A DNA stretch of 64,000 nucleotides from Thermoplasmatales archaeon SW_10_69_26 (GCA_003009755.1 PXUB01000001.1:64001-128000); one strand, 5' to 3'; counted from the stretch's first letter, positions 19,096 through 28,943 are shown. Made by a program: numbers and translations. The notes: generated by a model from the sequence alone, not told the origin.

Positions 19096-20817
19096 ATGTC
19101 GGCGCCAGGAAGCGACGAGGCGGACGTCCACGAACGGCTCGACCGCATGGAGCAGCGCATCGACCGGCTCGAGCGGGCGATCCGGCAGCTCGCCGAGCAC
19201 CAACGCAGCGAGCCCTCCGCCGACGACGAGGAGGACGAGGCTCGCACGTTCTCGCCGACCGAGGACCCCTCCGCCAGCCCGGCCAGCCCCGAACCCAGCC
19301 CCGCCGGCAACCGCTCGGCCGGGCTCGAGCAACGCATCGGCGCCGACCTGCTCGCCAAGGCCGGCGTGCTCGTCCTCGTGCTCGGGTTGGCCTTCTTCGT
19401 CGCCTGGGCGATCGAGTCCGGCCTGATCGGGCTGAAGACGCGCATCGTGCTCGGCGTCCTCGGCGGCCTGGGCGTCGCCGGCGCCGCCTACCCCTTCCAC
19501 GACTCGGCCCGCTACGGCCGGTTGGCCCAGGTGCTCGCCGGCGGCGGCTTCGGGCTGGCCTACTTCAGCCTCTTCGCCGCCCACCACTTCCCCGACTACC
19601 AGGCCGCCATCGGCATCGGCTTCTGGACCGACACCATCCTGTTGACGATCGTCGCCGCCGCGGCCGCCGGCTACGGGCTCAAGATCGCCTCGCCGGCCTT
19701 CCTGCTCGAGGCGCTCGCGCTCGGCGTCACCACCTCGTTCCTCGCGCTCGACCTCACCGCGTTCACGCTCGCCTACGCCACCGCGATCGGGCTCGGCGTC
19801 GCCCTCGCCGCCGCGCGCCTGCGCGCCCCGCGCGTCGCGGCCCTGTCCCTCACCACGATCTACGGGCACGGCCTCGTCACGCACCTCGCCGGCGAATCCC
19901 CCCGCCTCGTGCTCGGCGCGCTCGCCGTCGACGCCGCCCTCGTCGGCCTCTTCGCCCTGCTCGTCCCCGAGGACCTCTCGATCGAGCCGGGCCCCGACCT
20001 CGCCGACCCGGCCGTCCTGTACGCCGCGAACGCCGCCGCCTTGATCGTCGTCGGCACGATCGTCGCCGAGACCGGCGACGTGCTCGCCGACGGCGTCTTC
20101 CCCCTGCTGGCCGGCGTCGCGCTCGGGCTCGCTGGCCTACCGGCTCGGCTGCGATCCCCGCGCCTGACCGCCGTCTCGCTGGTCGCCGGCCTCGCCAGCC
20201 TGCTGACCGGCGCCTGGTTCGCCTTGACGCCCGTCACCGTGCTCTACGCCTGGGCCGGCACCCTGCTGGCGCTGGCGCTGCTCGCCGGCCTCGTCGACCA
20301 CGAGCTGCTCGACCGCGTCGTGCACGCGATGGGCATCCTCGTCGCCCTCGGCACGTGGAACGGCTTCCCAGCGATCGAGGCGGGCGGCGAACGCGTCGCC
20401 GTGCTCGGGCTCCTCACGCTGGCCTTCGCCGTCGCCTTCCTCGCGCTGAAGACCGCTCGCGACACCGAGCCGACCCCGACACCCACGCGGCTGCACCTCG
20501 CCGCCGCCACGGCCGCGCTCGGCGCCCTGCTCCTGGTCGAGCTCGACGCCTGGCGGTCGACCGTCGCACTCGGCGGCGCCGGCATCCTCGCCCTGCTGGC
20601 CGGCTTCCTCGTCGACTGGGCCGAGCCGCGGTGGGCCGGCCTGGGCCTGTTCGGGCTCGGCCTGCTGAAGGCCTTCGCCGTCGACGTCTGGGACCTCGAT
20701 CCCGCCCTCCGCGTCGTCGCGTTCGTCGGGCTCGGCCTCGCCCTCGTGGCCGGCGCCTTCGCCTACGCCCGCTTCCTCGACCCGAGCCCTCCCGACGGGC
20801 CCGAGGGATCGGCTTAG
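19096..20817 (+). CDS. DUF2339-like polytopic membrane protein
   Basis: N-terminal coiled coil, LEQRIG..LLAKAGV motif, many TM helices, C-terminal K...VD...L....RV..F.GLG. Confidence 0.8.
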   Translation: MSAPGSDEADVHERLDRMEQRIDRLERAIRQLAEHQRSEPSADDEEDEARTFSPTEDPSASPASPEPSPAGNRSAGLEQRIGADLLAKAGVLVLVLGLAFFVAWAIESGLIGLKTRIVLGVLGGLGVAGAAYPFHDSARYGRLAQVLAGGGFGLAYFSLFAAHHFPDYQAAIGIGFWTDTILLTIVAAAAAGYGLKIASPAFLLEALALGVTTSFLALDLTAFTLAYATAIGLGVALAAARLRAPRVAALSLTTIYGHGLVTHLAGESPRLVLGALAVDAALVGLFALLVPEDLSIEPGPDLADPAVLYAANAAALIVVGTIVAETGDVLADGVFPLLAGVALGLAGLPARLRSPRLTAVSLVAGLASLLTGAWFALTPVTVLYAWAGTLLALALLAGLVDHELLDRVVHAMGILVALGTWNGFPAIEAGGERVAVLGLLTLAFAVAFLALKTARDTEPTPTPTRLHLAAATAALGALLLVELDAWRSTVALGGAGILALLAGFLVDWAEPRWAGLGLFGLGLLKAFAVDVWDLDPALRVVAFVGLGLALVAGAFAYARFLDPSPPDGPEGSA

Positions 20818-20829
20818 GTCCCTCCTCGG

Positions 20830-20992
20830 GCTGTCTCGTTAAGCAGGGGCCGCGAAGGGCACGAAGGATCGCCAAGGCCACGAAGGGCCTGTGGCTCGCC
20901 GGCCGGGCGGCGTTGTCACGGCAGCTGCTCCCCGTTGTGCCCTGGCGTCCCCTCGCGTCCTTGGTGGTCCCCCCGTTTCTTATCCTTACAGC
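20830..20992. mobile_element. ~163 bp MITE-like palindromic element, copy 1
   Basis: Near-identical to 63485-63646; imperfect terminal IRs GCTGTCTCGTTAAG / CTTATCCTTACAGC. Confidence 0.7.
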
Positions 20993-21044
20993 GCGGCCCC
21001 TCCTCCAGGGTAACCCTTTCAAATAGGGGCGCGTTCCCGCAACC

Positions 21045-22298
21045 ATGCCCGAGGAGCCCTCCTTCGACCGCGTCGAGGTGCCTGCCGGTTCGCGGATCAC
21101 TTACGAGGACGGCGAGCTCGACGTCCCCGAGGACCCGATCATCCCCGTCATCTACGGCGACGGGATCGGCAAAGACGTCGCGCCCGCCATGCGCAAGGTG
21201 CTGGACGAAGCCGCGCAGGCCACCGGCCGCGAGATCAACTGGATGCGGCTGTACGCCGGCGAGAGCGCCCGCGAGGCCTACGACGAGAACCTGCCCCAGG
21301 AGACCGTCGACGCGATCCGACACTTCCGCGTCGCGATCAAGGGCCCGCTCACGACGCCCGTCGGCGCCGGGTTCCGCTCCTTGAACGTCGCGCTGCGCAA
21401 GAAGCTCGACCTGTACGCGAACGTGCGCCCGACCTACCACCTCGAGGGCATCCCCTCGCCGATGAAGAACCCCGAGCAGATGGACATGATCACGTTCCGG
21501 GAGAACACCGAGGACGTGTACGCCGGCATCGAGTGGGAAGCCGGCAGCGACGAGGTCGACGAGGTGAAGCGGTTCCTCGTCGAGGAGATGGACGTCGGGG
21601 ACTCCATCCACGATGGGCCCGTCGGCATCGGCGTCAAGCCGATCACCGAGTTCGGCACCAAGCGGCTGGTCCGCCAGGCGATCGACTACGCCCTCGAGAA
21701 CGACCGCGACACGGTCACGCTCGTCCACAAGGGCAACATCATGAAGTTCACCGAGGGCGCCTTCCGCGACTGGGGCTACGAGGTCGCCAACGAGGAGTAC
21801 GGCGACGAGGTCATCACCGAGGACACGCTGTGGGAGGAGCGCGACGGCGAGCTGCCGGAGGACGCCGTCGTCGTCAACGACCGCATCGCCGACAACATGC
21901 TCCAGCAGTTGCTCACCCGCACCGACCAGTACGACGTGCTGGCGATGCCCAACCTCAACGGCGATTACCTGTCCGACTCCGCCGGCGGCCAGATCGGCGG
22001 CCTCGGCATCGCGCCCGGCGCCAACCTCGGCGACGGCCGCGTGCTCGCCGAGCCCGTCCACGGCTCCGCGCCCAAGTACGAGGGCCAGGACAAGGTCAAC
22101 CCGAGCGCGTTGATGCTCTCCGGCGTCCTCATGCTCGAGCAGATCGGTTGGGACGACGCCGCCAAGCTGGTGCGCGACGCCGTCGAGGCCCAGATCAGCT
22201 CGGGCCGGGTCACCTACGACATCCACCGCAACATCGAGGGCGGCACCAAGCTCGCCACGAGCGAGTTCGCCGACGAGGTCGCCAAGCGGATCTCGTAG
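21045..22298 (+). CDS. icd: NADP-dependent isocitrate dehydrogenase
   Basis: GDGIG, IKGPLTTPVG.GFRSLNV, TLVHKGNIMKFTEG, NLNGDYLSD, EPVHGSAPKY. Confidence 0.97.
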   Translation: MPEEPSFDRVEVPAGSRITYEDGELDVPEDPIIPVIYGDGIGKDVAPAMRKVLDEAAQATGREINWMRLYAGESAREAYDENLPQETVDAIRHFRVAIKGPLTTPVGAGFRSLNVALRKKLDLYANVRPTYHLEGIPSPMKNPEQMDMITFRENTEDVYAGIEWEAGSDEVDEVKRFLVEEMDVGDSIHDGPVGIGVKPITEFGTKRLVRQAIDYALENDRDTVTLVHKGNIMKFTEGAFRDWGYEVANEEYGDEVITEDTLWEERDGELPEDAVVVNDRIADNMLQQLLTRTDQYDVLAMPNLNGDYLSDSAGGQIGGLGIAPGANLGDGRVLAEPVHGSAPKYEGQDKVNPSALMLSGVLMLEQIGWDDAAKLVRDAVEAQISSGRVTYDIHRNIEGGTKLATSEFADEVAKRIS

Positions 22299-22438
22299 AG
22301 CACGCATCGACGGGCCTGGGGGATCGGCTATCCGCGGGCCGTCCAGGCTGGCCCGAAAAGAGGCCCCCTGGGCCCCGCTCGTCGACCGCGTCTGCTGTCG
22401 GGGAAGGCGTTTAGGACCACCGTCGGCCTGCGAGGCTC

Positions 22439-23074
22439 ATGCCCACGTTCCACGGCGACGGGCCCCTCTCCGTCGTCGGCATCCCCGGCAGCCTGCGCGA
22501 CCCCAGCTACACCCGCTTCACCGTTCGCTTGGCCCTCGCCGGCGCCGAGGAGGCCGGCGCCCGGACCCACCTGGCCGACCTGCGCGAGTACGAGCTCCCC
22601 TACTGCGACGGCTCCCAAGAGCAGGGCGAGGTCGGTGACGTCGCCAAGTTGCGTGAGGAGGTGCGCGAGGCCGAGGGCATCGTGCTCGGCACGCCCGAAT
22701 ACCATGGCGGCTACTCCGGCGTGCTGAAGAACGCGCTCGACCTGATGGGCTTCGACGAGTTCGAGGGCAAGATGATCGGCCTCGTCGGCGTCAGCGGCGG
22801 CCGGATGGGCGGCTTCGGCGCCATGAACGCGCTGCGCGAGGTCGGCCGCGCCCTGCACGCCTGGGTCGTCCCCACGCAGACCTCGATCCCGAAGGCGTGG
22901 AGCGTCTACGACGACGAGACCGGCGAGATCGACGACGAGGAACTCGGCCAGCGCGTGCGCGAGGTCGGCGAGGAGGTCGTCCGCTACGCGAACCTCCACG
23001 AGGCCGAGGACAAGCTCGACTTCCTGCGCACGTGGGAGTGCGCCACCGAGAACCCCGGCGCCGAGGCGCGCTGA
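22439..23074 (+). CDS. NADPH-dependent FMN reductase
   Basis: GSLR..SYT, TPEYHGGYSGVLKNALD, SGGRMGG. Confidence 0.92.
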   Translation: MPTFHGDGPLSVVGIPGSLRDPSYTRFTVRLALAGAEEAGARTHLADLREYELPYCDGSQEQGEVGDVAKLREEVREAEGIVLGTPEYHGGYSGVLKNALDLMGFDEFEGKMIGLVGVSGGRMGGFGAMNALREVGRALHAWVVPTQTSIPKAWSVYDDETGEIDDEELGQRVREVGEEVVRYANLHEAEDKLDFLRTWECATENPGAEAR

Positions 23075-23288
23075 GCGCTCGCCCGGCCGACGAGCGAGGT
23101 CCCCGGGCGGGCTCGCGCCGGACCGAAGGCGCTTTGGGCCCCCCACCCACGGTGAGGGTCGAGTGGACCTCCCCGACCTCGTCTCCGACCTCAGCAGCGA
23201 CGAGGAGGCGGGCAGGGCTGCCGCCTGGAAGGAGGAACGATTCGACGAGATCGTCGCGGAGAACCTCGAGATCGCGGCAGCGGTCCCT

Positions 23289-23519
23289 GATCCGTCCCCC
23301 TCTCCCGCGGATCACGCACGGCTCGTGCCGCATCAGACCCAGCCGTCCTAATCCGGGAGAGGGGACAGCTGACGCTATTCCCCTGTCAGGATCTTGGATC
23401 AGTCCCCTCTCCCAGGGATCACGGACGACCGTGCTGCGGTGTCTGCGGTCGTCCTAATCCGGGAGAGGGGACAGCTGACGCTACTCCCCTGTCAGGATCT
23501 TGGATCAGTCCCCTCTCCC
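23289..23519. repeat. tRNA-Tyr 3'-end palindromic tandem units (~106 bp period)
   Basis: 70 bp near-identical copies at 23344-23413 and 23450-23519 plus a partial copy at ~23289; arms are AATCCGGGAGAGGGGAC and its reverse complement. Confidence 0.85.
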
Positions 23520-23623
23520 GGATTCGAACCGGGGACATCCTGCTCTCTGCAGCGCCTGTCGGGTGCTCACCCGAGAGTGTTCTTCTACAGGCAGGCGCTC
23601 CGGCCAGTCTGAGCTAAGAGGGG
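23509..23623 (-). tRNA. tRNA-Tyr(GTA) with ~40 nt intron at the canonical position
   Basis: Acceptor CCCCTCT/AGAGGGG, anticodon stem CCTGC/GCAGG with GTA, T-arm CCCGG TTCGAAT CCGGG. Confidence 0.92.
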
Positions 23624-23785
23624 AGCGCCAGGCGATTCCAGAACCTGTACTTCAGCGTTCCGGCCCCGGCCGGGAGCGGACGTCGCGAACACCTGCCCCG
23701 AGCCCGGCAACTACAAGGTAGGCGAGGTTTTCATCGCCGCCGCGGTCGGCGCAGCGTTCCGCGGACCGCGTGCGGAGGACGACGC

Positions 23786-24163
23786 TTGCCCGACGACACC
23801 GTCACCGAGCCCGAGGAGCCCATCGTCGACGAGGACAAGGTCCAGGACCTGCGTTCCCTGCTCGGCGACGGCCCCGAAGGTGTCGACGGTCTGATCGACA
23901 CGTTCGTCGACCGCATCCCCGAGGTCATCGAGGACCTCGAACAGGCCGCCAGCAACGGCGACCTCGAGGAGGTCGGCAACCTCGCCCACAAGGTGAAGGG
24001 CGAATCCGCCACGCTGGGCGCCAAGCGGCTCTCGGAGCTGGCCAAGCGCATCGAGGGGCAGGCCCGCAACGACGAGCTGGCGGACCCCGAAGCGGCGGTC
24101 CAACTGCTGATCGACGCCTACGCGGAGACCGAGGACGCCTACGCGGCGCGGCGCAAGGATTAG
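23786..24163 (+). CDS. Hpt (histidine phosphotransfer) domain protein
   Basis: AHKVKGESATLGA..LS.LA..IE motif. Confidence 0.9.
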   Translation: MPDDTVTEPEEPIVDEDKVQDLRSLLGDGPEGVDGLIDTFVDRIPEVIEDLEQAASNGDLEEVGNLAHKVKGESATLGAKRLSELAKRIEGQARNDELADPEAAVQLLIDAYAETEDAYAARRKD

Positions 24164-24562
24164 CTACTTGATCCGGCCCGAGCTGCCCTCCTCTCGCCGG
24201 AGCAAGCGGATCAGCTCCTCGACGTCCGAGGAGTGGATCGGCTTCTGCAGGAAGTCGAAAGCCCCCTTCATGATCATCTCGCGCACACGGGGATCGTCCT
24301 CCATCAGGCCCGTGATGACGACGACGCGCGTGTCGGGGTCCTCGTTGAACATGACCTGAGCCGTCTGATCGCCGTCCACGTCGGGCAGCATGATATCCAG
24401 CAGGACGATGTCGGGTTTCTCCGCTCGGAAGACCTCGAGCGCCTCCTCCGAGCTCTCCGCCGTCAGGATCCGCTCATCCCGGTCCGTGAACCGCCGAAGC
24501 ATCTTCTCCAACGTCTGGCGGATGACGGACGAGTTGTCGACGATCAGGTACGTGCGGCTCAT
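24164..24562 (-). CDS. stand-alone response regulator receiver protein
   Basis: LIVDNS, PDIVLLDIMLPDVDG, GAFDFLQKP. Confidence 0.92.
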   Translation of the reverse strand: MSRTYLIVDNSSVIRQTLEKMLRRFTDRDERILTAESSEEALEVFRAEKPDIVLLDIMLPDVDGDQTAQVMFNEDPDTRVVVITGLMEDDPRVREMIMKGAFDFLQKPIHSSDVEELIRLLRREEGSSGRIK

Positions 24563-24652
24563 CGTTGGCGCTCGCGAGCGGTCCCCCCAGACCCATCTCG
24601 GTCCTCAACGTATAAGTTCCTGGCGTTTCCCCCTGCCGCGAAGGTCAGCCTC

Positions 24653-26110
24653 TCAGAACAGCGTCTCCTGCTTGCGGTGCTCCTCGCCGGGGATATCGAC
24701 CGGATACCGACCGGTGAGGCATCCGGTGCAAAGGCTGCCCTCGGGCTTCCCGATCGCTCGCTTGAGACCCGGGATCGAGACGTAGGCGAGGGAGTCGGCA
24801 CCGATCGTGTCGCGGATCTCCTCGACGGACTTGTCGGCCGCGATGAGCTCCTCGCGCGTCTTCATGTCGATGCCGAGGTAACAGGGCGCCTGGATCGGCG
24901 GGCACCCGATACGGACGTGGACCTCCTCGGCGCCGGCCTCGCGCAGCATGTCGGTGAGCTGGCCCATCGTCGTGCCGCGCACGATCGAGTCGTCGACGAG
25001 CACGACCCGGTTGCCCTCGACGACGCTCTGGACCGGGTTGAGCTTGATGTTGACGCCGCTGGCGCGCTCCTCCTGGCTGGGCATGATGAACGTGCGGTGC
25101 ACGTAGCGGTTCTTCATCAGGCCCTCCGCCATCGGGAGATCGAGCTGCCGGGCGAACCCGAGCGCGTGCGATCGACCGCTGTCCGGCACGGGCACGACGA
25201 TGTCGGCGTCCACCGGGCTCTCGTTGGCCAGCTGCTCGCCGATGCCGACGCGCACGTCGTAGACCTCGCGGTCGTCGATGCGGCTGTCGGCGCGCGAGAA
25301 GTACACGTACTCGAACTGGCAGTGCGCCAGGTCGGCGCTTTGCGCGTTCGTCATGTGGCCCTCGTAGCCGCCGGGCGTGATCTCGACGATCTCCCCCGGC
25401 TTCACGTCGCGGATCGGCTCGCCGCCCAGGGCCTCGATGGCGACGGTCTCGCTGGCGACGGCGTAGCCGCCGACCTCGCTCTCGGAGCCGTTCTGACCGC
25501 CGTAGGCGGCCGGCAGCTTGCCAAGCGCCAACGGCTTGATGCCGCGCGGGTCACGGACCGCGAGGATCCGTTCGCCGACGACGAGCACGAGGCTGTAGGC
25601 GCCCACGATCTGCCGCATGACGCGACGCATCGCGCGCACCGGGGACTTCGCGTCGGAGAGCTCGTTGGCGAACAGGCGGACGATGACCTCGCTGTCGTTG
25701 TCCGTGATGAACGCCCAGCCGCTCTCCTGGAGATCCTCGCGGATCCCGTCGGCGTTCACGATCTCGCCGTTGTGGCCGAGCGCGATCGAGCCCTCGGCGC
25801 TGGAGACGCACACCGGGTGCGCGTTCTCGAGCCGCGAGGTGCCGGCCGTCGAGTAGCGGGTGTGGCCGAGCCCGACGCGGCCCGTCAGCTGCTCGAGCTC
25901 CTTGGCCTGGAAGATGTTCTCGACGAGGCCCATGCCTTTGATCGTCTGCAGACCGTCGTCGAAGGTCGCGATCCCGGCCGACTCCTGTCCACGGTGCTGG
26001 ATCGCGCGCATCGCCTGGTAGAGGGCGGGCGCAACGTCCCGCTCCGCGGCGATGCCAGCGACCCCGCACTTGTCCTGCGCGAGCCCGGAGCGGTCCGGGA
26101 GACCATCCAT
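24653..26110 (-). CDS. purF: amidophosphoribosyltransferase
   Basis: KCGVAG, QHRGQESAG, GHTRYST, VPDSG, LVDDSIVRGTT. Confidence 0.97.
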   Translation of the reverse strand: MDGLPDRSGLAQDKCGVAGIAAERDVAPALYQAMRAIQHRGQESAGIATFDDGLQTIKGMGLVENIFQAKELEQLTGRVGLGHTRYSTAGTSRLENAHPVCVSSAEGSIALGHNGEIVNADGIREDLQESGWAFITDNDSEVIVRLFANELSDAKSPVRAMRRVMRQIVGAYSLVLVVGERILAVRDPRGIKPLALGKLPAAYGGQNGSESEVGGYAVASETVAIEALGGEPIRDVKPGEIVEITPGGYEGHMTNAQSADLAHCQFEYVYFSRADSRIDDREVYDVRVGIGEQLANESPVDADIVVPVPDSGRSHALGFARQLDLPMAEGLMKNRYVHRTFIMPSQEERASGVNIKLNPVQSVVEGNRVVLVDDSIVRGTTMGQLTDMLREAGAEEVHVRIGCPPIQAPCYLGIDMKTREELIAADKSVEEIRDTIGADSLAYVSIPGLKRAIGKPEGSLCTGCLTGRYPVDIPGEEHRKQETLF

Positions 26111-26231
26111 GACGGGCGAGTCATGGGTCGCTGCGGTACTTCAACGTTTGCTTCCGCACCGTCGAGCACCGGACAGGGGATCTCCAGCCGGCGCCCTGGG
26201 ACCGGTCGGCGAACCCCCTCGCGATCGAGCC

Positions 26232-26621
26232 TCACACGGTGGATTGGTCGAGGACCCGGCGGGCCTCGGCGTTGTCGTCGGTGATCAACACGAAGTTGCC
26301 TTGCTTCCCGTACGTCGTGCCGAAGCAGCTCTCGATGTTGATGCCCGCCTTCGCCAAGCGTCGACAGACGTCGGCGAAAGCGTGTCGGTCGTTCGACAGC
26401 GTCATCACGTGCACGTCCTCGCGCGTGCCCGCGAAGCCGGCCTCCTCGAGCACCTCGAGGCATCGGTCGCCGTCGCTGACGAGGAACTGCGCCTCGCCCT
26501 CGCGGCCTTTGGGGACCACGTTGACGCCCTCCACCTGCACCCCGCGCTCGGCCAAGATGCCCGTCAGCTTGGCCATCGCCCCCGGCTCGTCGGGGATCAC
26601 GGATCGGATCACGTCCGCCAT
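26232..26621 (-). CDS. tandem ACT-domain protein
   Basis: PDEPGAMAKLTGILAERGVQV and LAKAGINIE ACT repeats. Confidence 0.8.
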   Translation of the reverse strand: MADVIRSVIPDEPGAMAKLTGILAERGVQVEGVNVVPKGREGEAQFLVSDGDRCLEVLEEAGFAGTREDVHVMTLSNDRHAFADVCRRLAKAGINIESCFGTTYGKQGNFVLITDDNAEARRVLDQSTV

Positions 26622-26697
26622 CGGGTTGCTCAGATGTTCGGCCGACCGCATAAGGACTAGGGAAGGGCCGGGGATCGCTGCCGCCTGACCGACCCCC

Positions 26698-26999
26698 CGG
26701 TCGGCCGTCCGATCGAAGACGTCGTCGTGCTACATCGACTCCAACGCTCGGTCGAGGTCCGTCGTGAGATCGACTGGAACCCCCACCCCGAGCATCGGCT
26801 CCCCACGGTGGGCCCCGCAGCAACGATGCTCGGGATCCGGCCGAAGCAGAGCTTAGGCCTCCCGCTGGCGTCGGCCCTGCGGGCAGCGACGCCAGCGACA
26901 CGGACGGCCTCGACGGTGGGCACGGTCGGCCGTCCTATCGAAGACGTCGTCGTGCTACATCGACTCCAACGCTTGGTCGAGGTCCGTCTCGAGATCGAC
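26698..26999. repeat. 77 bp direct repeat of the PLP-enzyme gene 3' end (26698-26774, 26923-26999)
   Basis: CGGTCGGCCGTCC.ATCGAAGACGTCGTCGTGCTACATCGACTCCAACGCT.GGTCGAGGTCCGTC..GAGATCGAC twice, 225 bp apart. Confidence 0.85.
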
Positions 27000-28130
27000 G
27001 ACGTCTTCGATCCCGACGCTCAACCGGATCAAGCCGTCGGCGATGCCGGCCTCGCGGCGTTCCTCGTCGGAGAGCGGCGCGTGCGTCATGCTGGCCGGGT
27101 GCTGGATGAGGGTCTCGACGCCGCCCAGGGACACGCCCAGGGTGGCGACCTCGGTCGATTCGAGGGCGCGGCGGCCGGCCTCGACGCCGCCGTCGACCTC
27201 GAAGGACACGATCGCGCCGAAGCCGTCCATCTGGCGGGCGGCCACGTCGTGGCCGGGGTGGGTCTCGAGGCTGGGGTGGTAGACCTCGGTGACGAGCGGA
27301 TGGTCGTCGAGGAAGGCGGCCAGCTGGCGTGCGGTCTCGTTCTGGCGTTGCACGCGCAGCTCGAGGGTCTTCATGCCGCGGTGGGCGAGGAAGGCGTCGT
27401 TGGGCGCCAGCGATGGGCCCAGCATCTTGTACGTCGTCCACATCGACTCGATCGTGTCCCGATCGGCGACGATGGCGCCGGCGGTCACGTCGCTGTGGCC
27501 GGCGAGGAACTTCGTGCCGGAGTGGAGGACGACGTCGGCGCCCAGCTCGAGCGGGCGCTGGTTGACGGGGCTGGCGAACGTGTTGTCGACGAACACCGGC
27601 ACGTCCCTCTCGTGCGCGATGTCGCTGATCGCCTCGACGTCGGCGACCTGCAGCAAGGGGTTGGAGGGGGTCTCGAGGTAGACGAGGGAGGTGTCCTCGG
27701 TGATCTCGTCGGCGAACCGGTCGACGTCGGTGCCGGGCAGGAACGTCGTCTCGACCCCGTAGTCCGGCAGCAGGCGGGCCATCATCTCTTGCGTGGCGCT
27801 GTAGAGGCTGTTCTGCGCCACGATGCGCTCGCCCTCGCGCGCCTGGTCGATCAAGGCGGTCGCGATGGCGCCCATGCCGGAGCTGGCGGCCAGCGCGGCT
27901 TCGCCGCTCTCGACGTCGGCCAGGGCCTCCTCGAAGCGGGCCACGGTCGGGTTACCCCATCGCGCGTAGAACTCCTCGGGGCGCTTGGCTTGGGCGAACG
28001 CGGCGCCCTGTTCGGCGCTCTCGAGGCTCCAGGTGGCCGATTGCTCGATCGAGAGGCCAAGCCCGTCGTGATCTTCCTCGGAGGCGGTGGCTTCGAGGAA
28101 CGCGGTGGCGCGTTGCCGGTCCCCGCTCAC
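26955..28130 (-). CDS. PLP-dependent Cys/Met metabolism enzyme (cystathionine gamma-synthase/lyase family)
   Basis: YARWGNPT, SSGMGAI, ETPSNP, DNTFASP, HSGTKFLAGHSD, SLGGVETL. Confidence 0.93.
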   Translation of the reverse strand: MSGDRQRATAFLEATASEEDHDGLGLSIEQSATWSLESAEQGAAFAQAKRPEEFYARWGNPTVARFEEALADVESGEAALAASSGMGAIATALIDQAREGERIVAQNSLYSATQEMMARLLPDYGVETTFLPGTDVDRFADEITEDTSLVYLETPSNPLLQVADVEAISDIAHERDVPVFVDNTFASPVNQRPLELGADVVLHSGTKFLAGHSDVTAGAIVADRDTIESMWTTYKMLGPSLAPNDAFLAHRGMKTLELRVQRQNETARQLAAFLDDHPLVTEVYHPSLETHPGHDVAARQMDGFGAIVSFEVDGGVEAGRRALESTEVATLGVSLGGVETLIQHPASMTHAPLSDEERREAGIADGLIRLSVGIEDVVDLETDLDQALESM

Positions 28131-28894
28131 GGGCGATCCCTCCGGGGGCCGGTCTCGTGGCGGTCGAGCACGGCGTCCACCTGCTCGTGCAGGATCTCCG
28201 GGTCGGGCACGTCGACGTCGTCGAAGCCGGCCGAGCGCTCGGGTTGGCCATCCAGGTCCGGATGGCCGGGCACGAGGTCCCCGCCGGTCGGCGGCGCCGG
28301 GCCGGGCGCCCTCACGGTGGGGCGCACGCGGTGGCGAGGGTCGTCGTCGGTCTCCGTCGAGGGCGCAGGGCGAGCGGGCACGCGGCGACCCGCGTCGGTC
28401 CCTCGCGGCGGGCGGTCCCTGGTCTCGGCGGGTCGGCCGGTCTCGGCGGACACGGGCGCCGGCTGCGGCGCGGGCTCGGCCGGCTCGTCCGCGTCGATCG
28501 CCGGCTCGAGCTCGTCGGTCGCCACCTCGTCGGCCCCCTCGGTCTCGTCGAGGCTCTCCGGTTGGGGGTTCTCGGTCTCGTCGGCATCGTCGTCGCCGAG
28601 CCCGATGCGGCGCCGGAGCCGAGCCAGCAAGCCATCGTCGGCCTCGTCGACCTCCTCGGCGTTCTCGGCCGTGGCGGGGCTCTCGTCGGCGTCGGGGGCT
28701 TGCCCGGGGTCGAAGCGGTCGACGAGCTCGTCCACCACGCTTCCGCCGGACGAGCCGGTCGCCGATCCCGAGCGGCCCCGGGTGGGGACCATCGGGGTCG
28801 GCGGCGGAGCCGTCCGTGGGCCGGCGTCTGGTGTGCTCGTCGGCTGAGCCTGGCTGTCGTCGACCGTCGGCCGCGAGGCCGCATCCTCGACCAT
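28127..28894 (-). CDS. hypothetical acidic low-complexity protein
   Basis: Overlaps the downstream gene start; D/E/P-rich. Confidence 0.6.
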   Translation of the reverse strand: MVEDAASRPTVDDSQAQPTSTPDAGPRTAPPPTPMVPTRGRSGSATGSSGGSVVDELVDRFDPGQAPDADESPATAENAEEVDEADDGLLARLRRRIGLGDDDADETENPQPESLDETEGADEVATDELEPAIDADEPAEPAPQPAPVSAETGRPAETRDRPPRGTDAGRRVPARPAPSTETDDDPRHRVRPTVRAPGPAPPTGGDLVPGHPDLDGQPERSAGFDDVDVPDPEILHEQVDAVLDRHETGPRRDRP

Positions 28895-28943
28895 CGGCCG
28901 GCCAACCGCGTCCCGCCAGGTAAAGGCTTCCGGGCGCGGCAGG

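Noticed and set aside
23163-23351. 62 aa ORF
   Set aside because: Its 3' half runs through the tRNA-Tyr-associated repeat; coding status unsupported
23545-23586. tRNA-Tyr intron as a novelty
   Set aside because: Canonical 37/38 position, common in archaea
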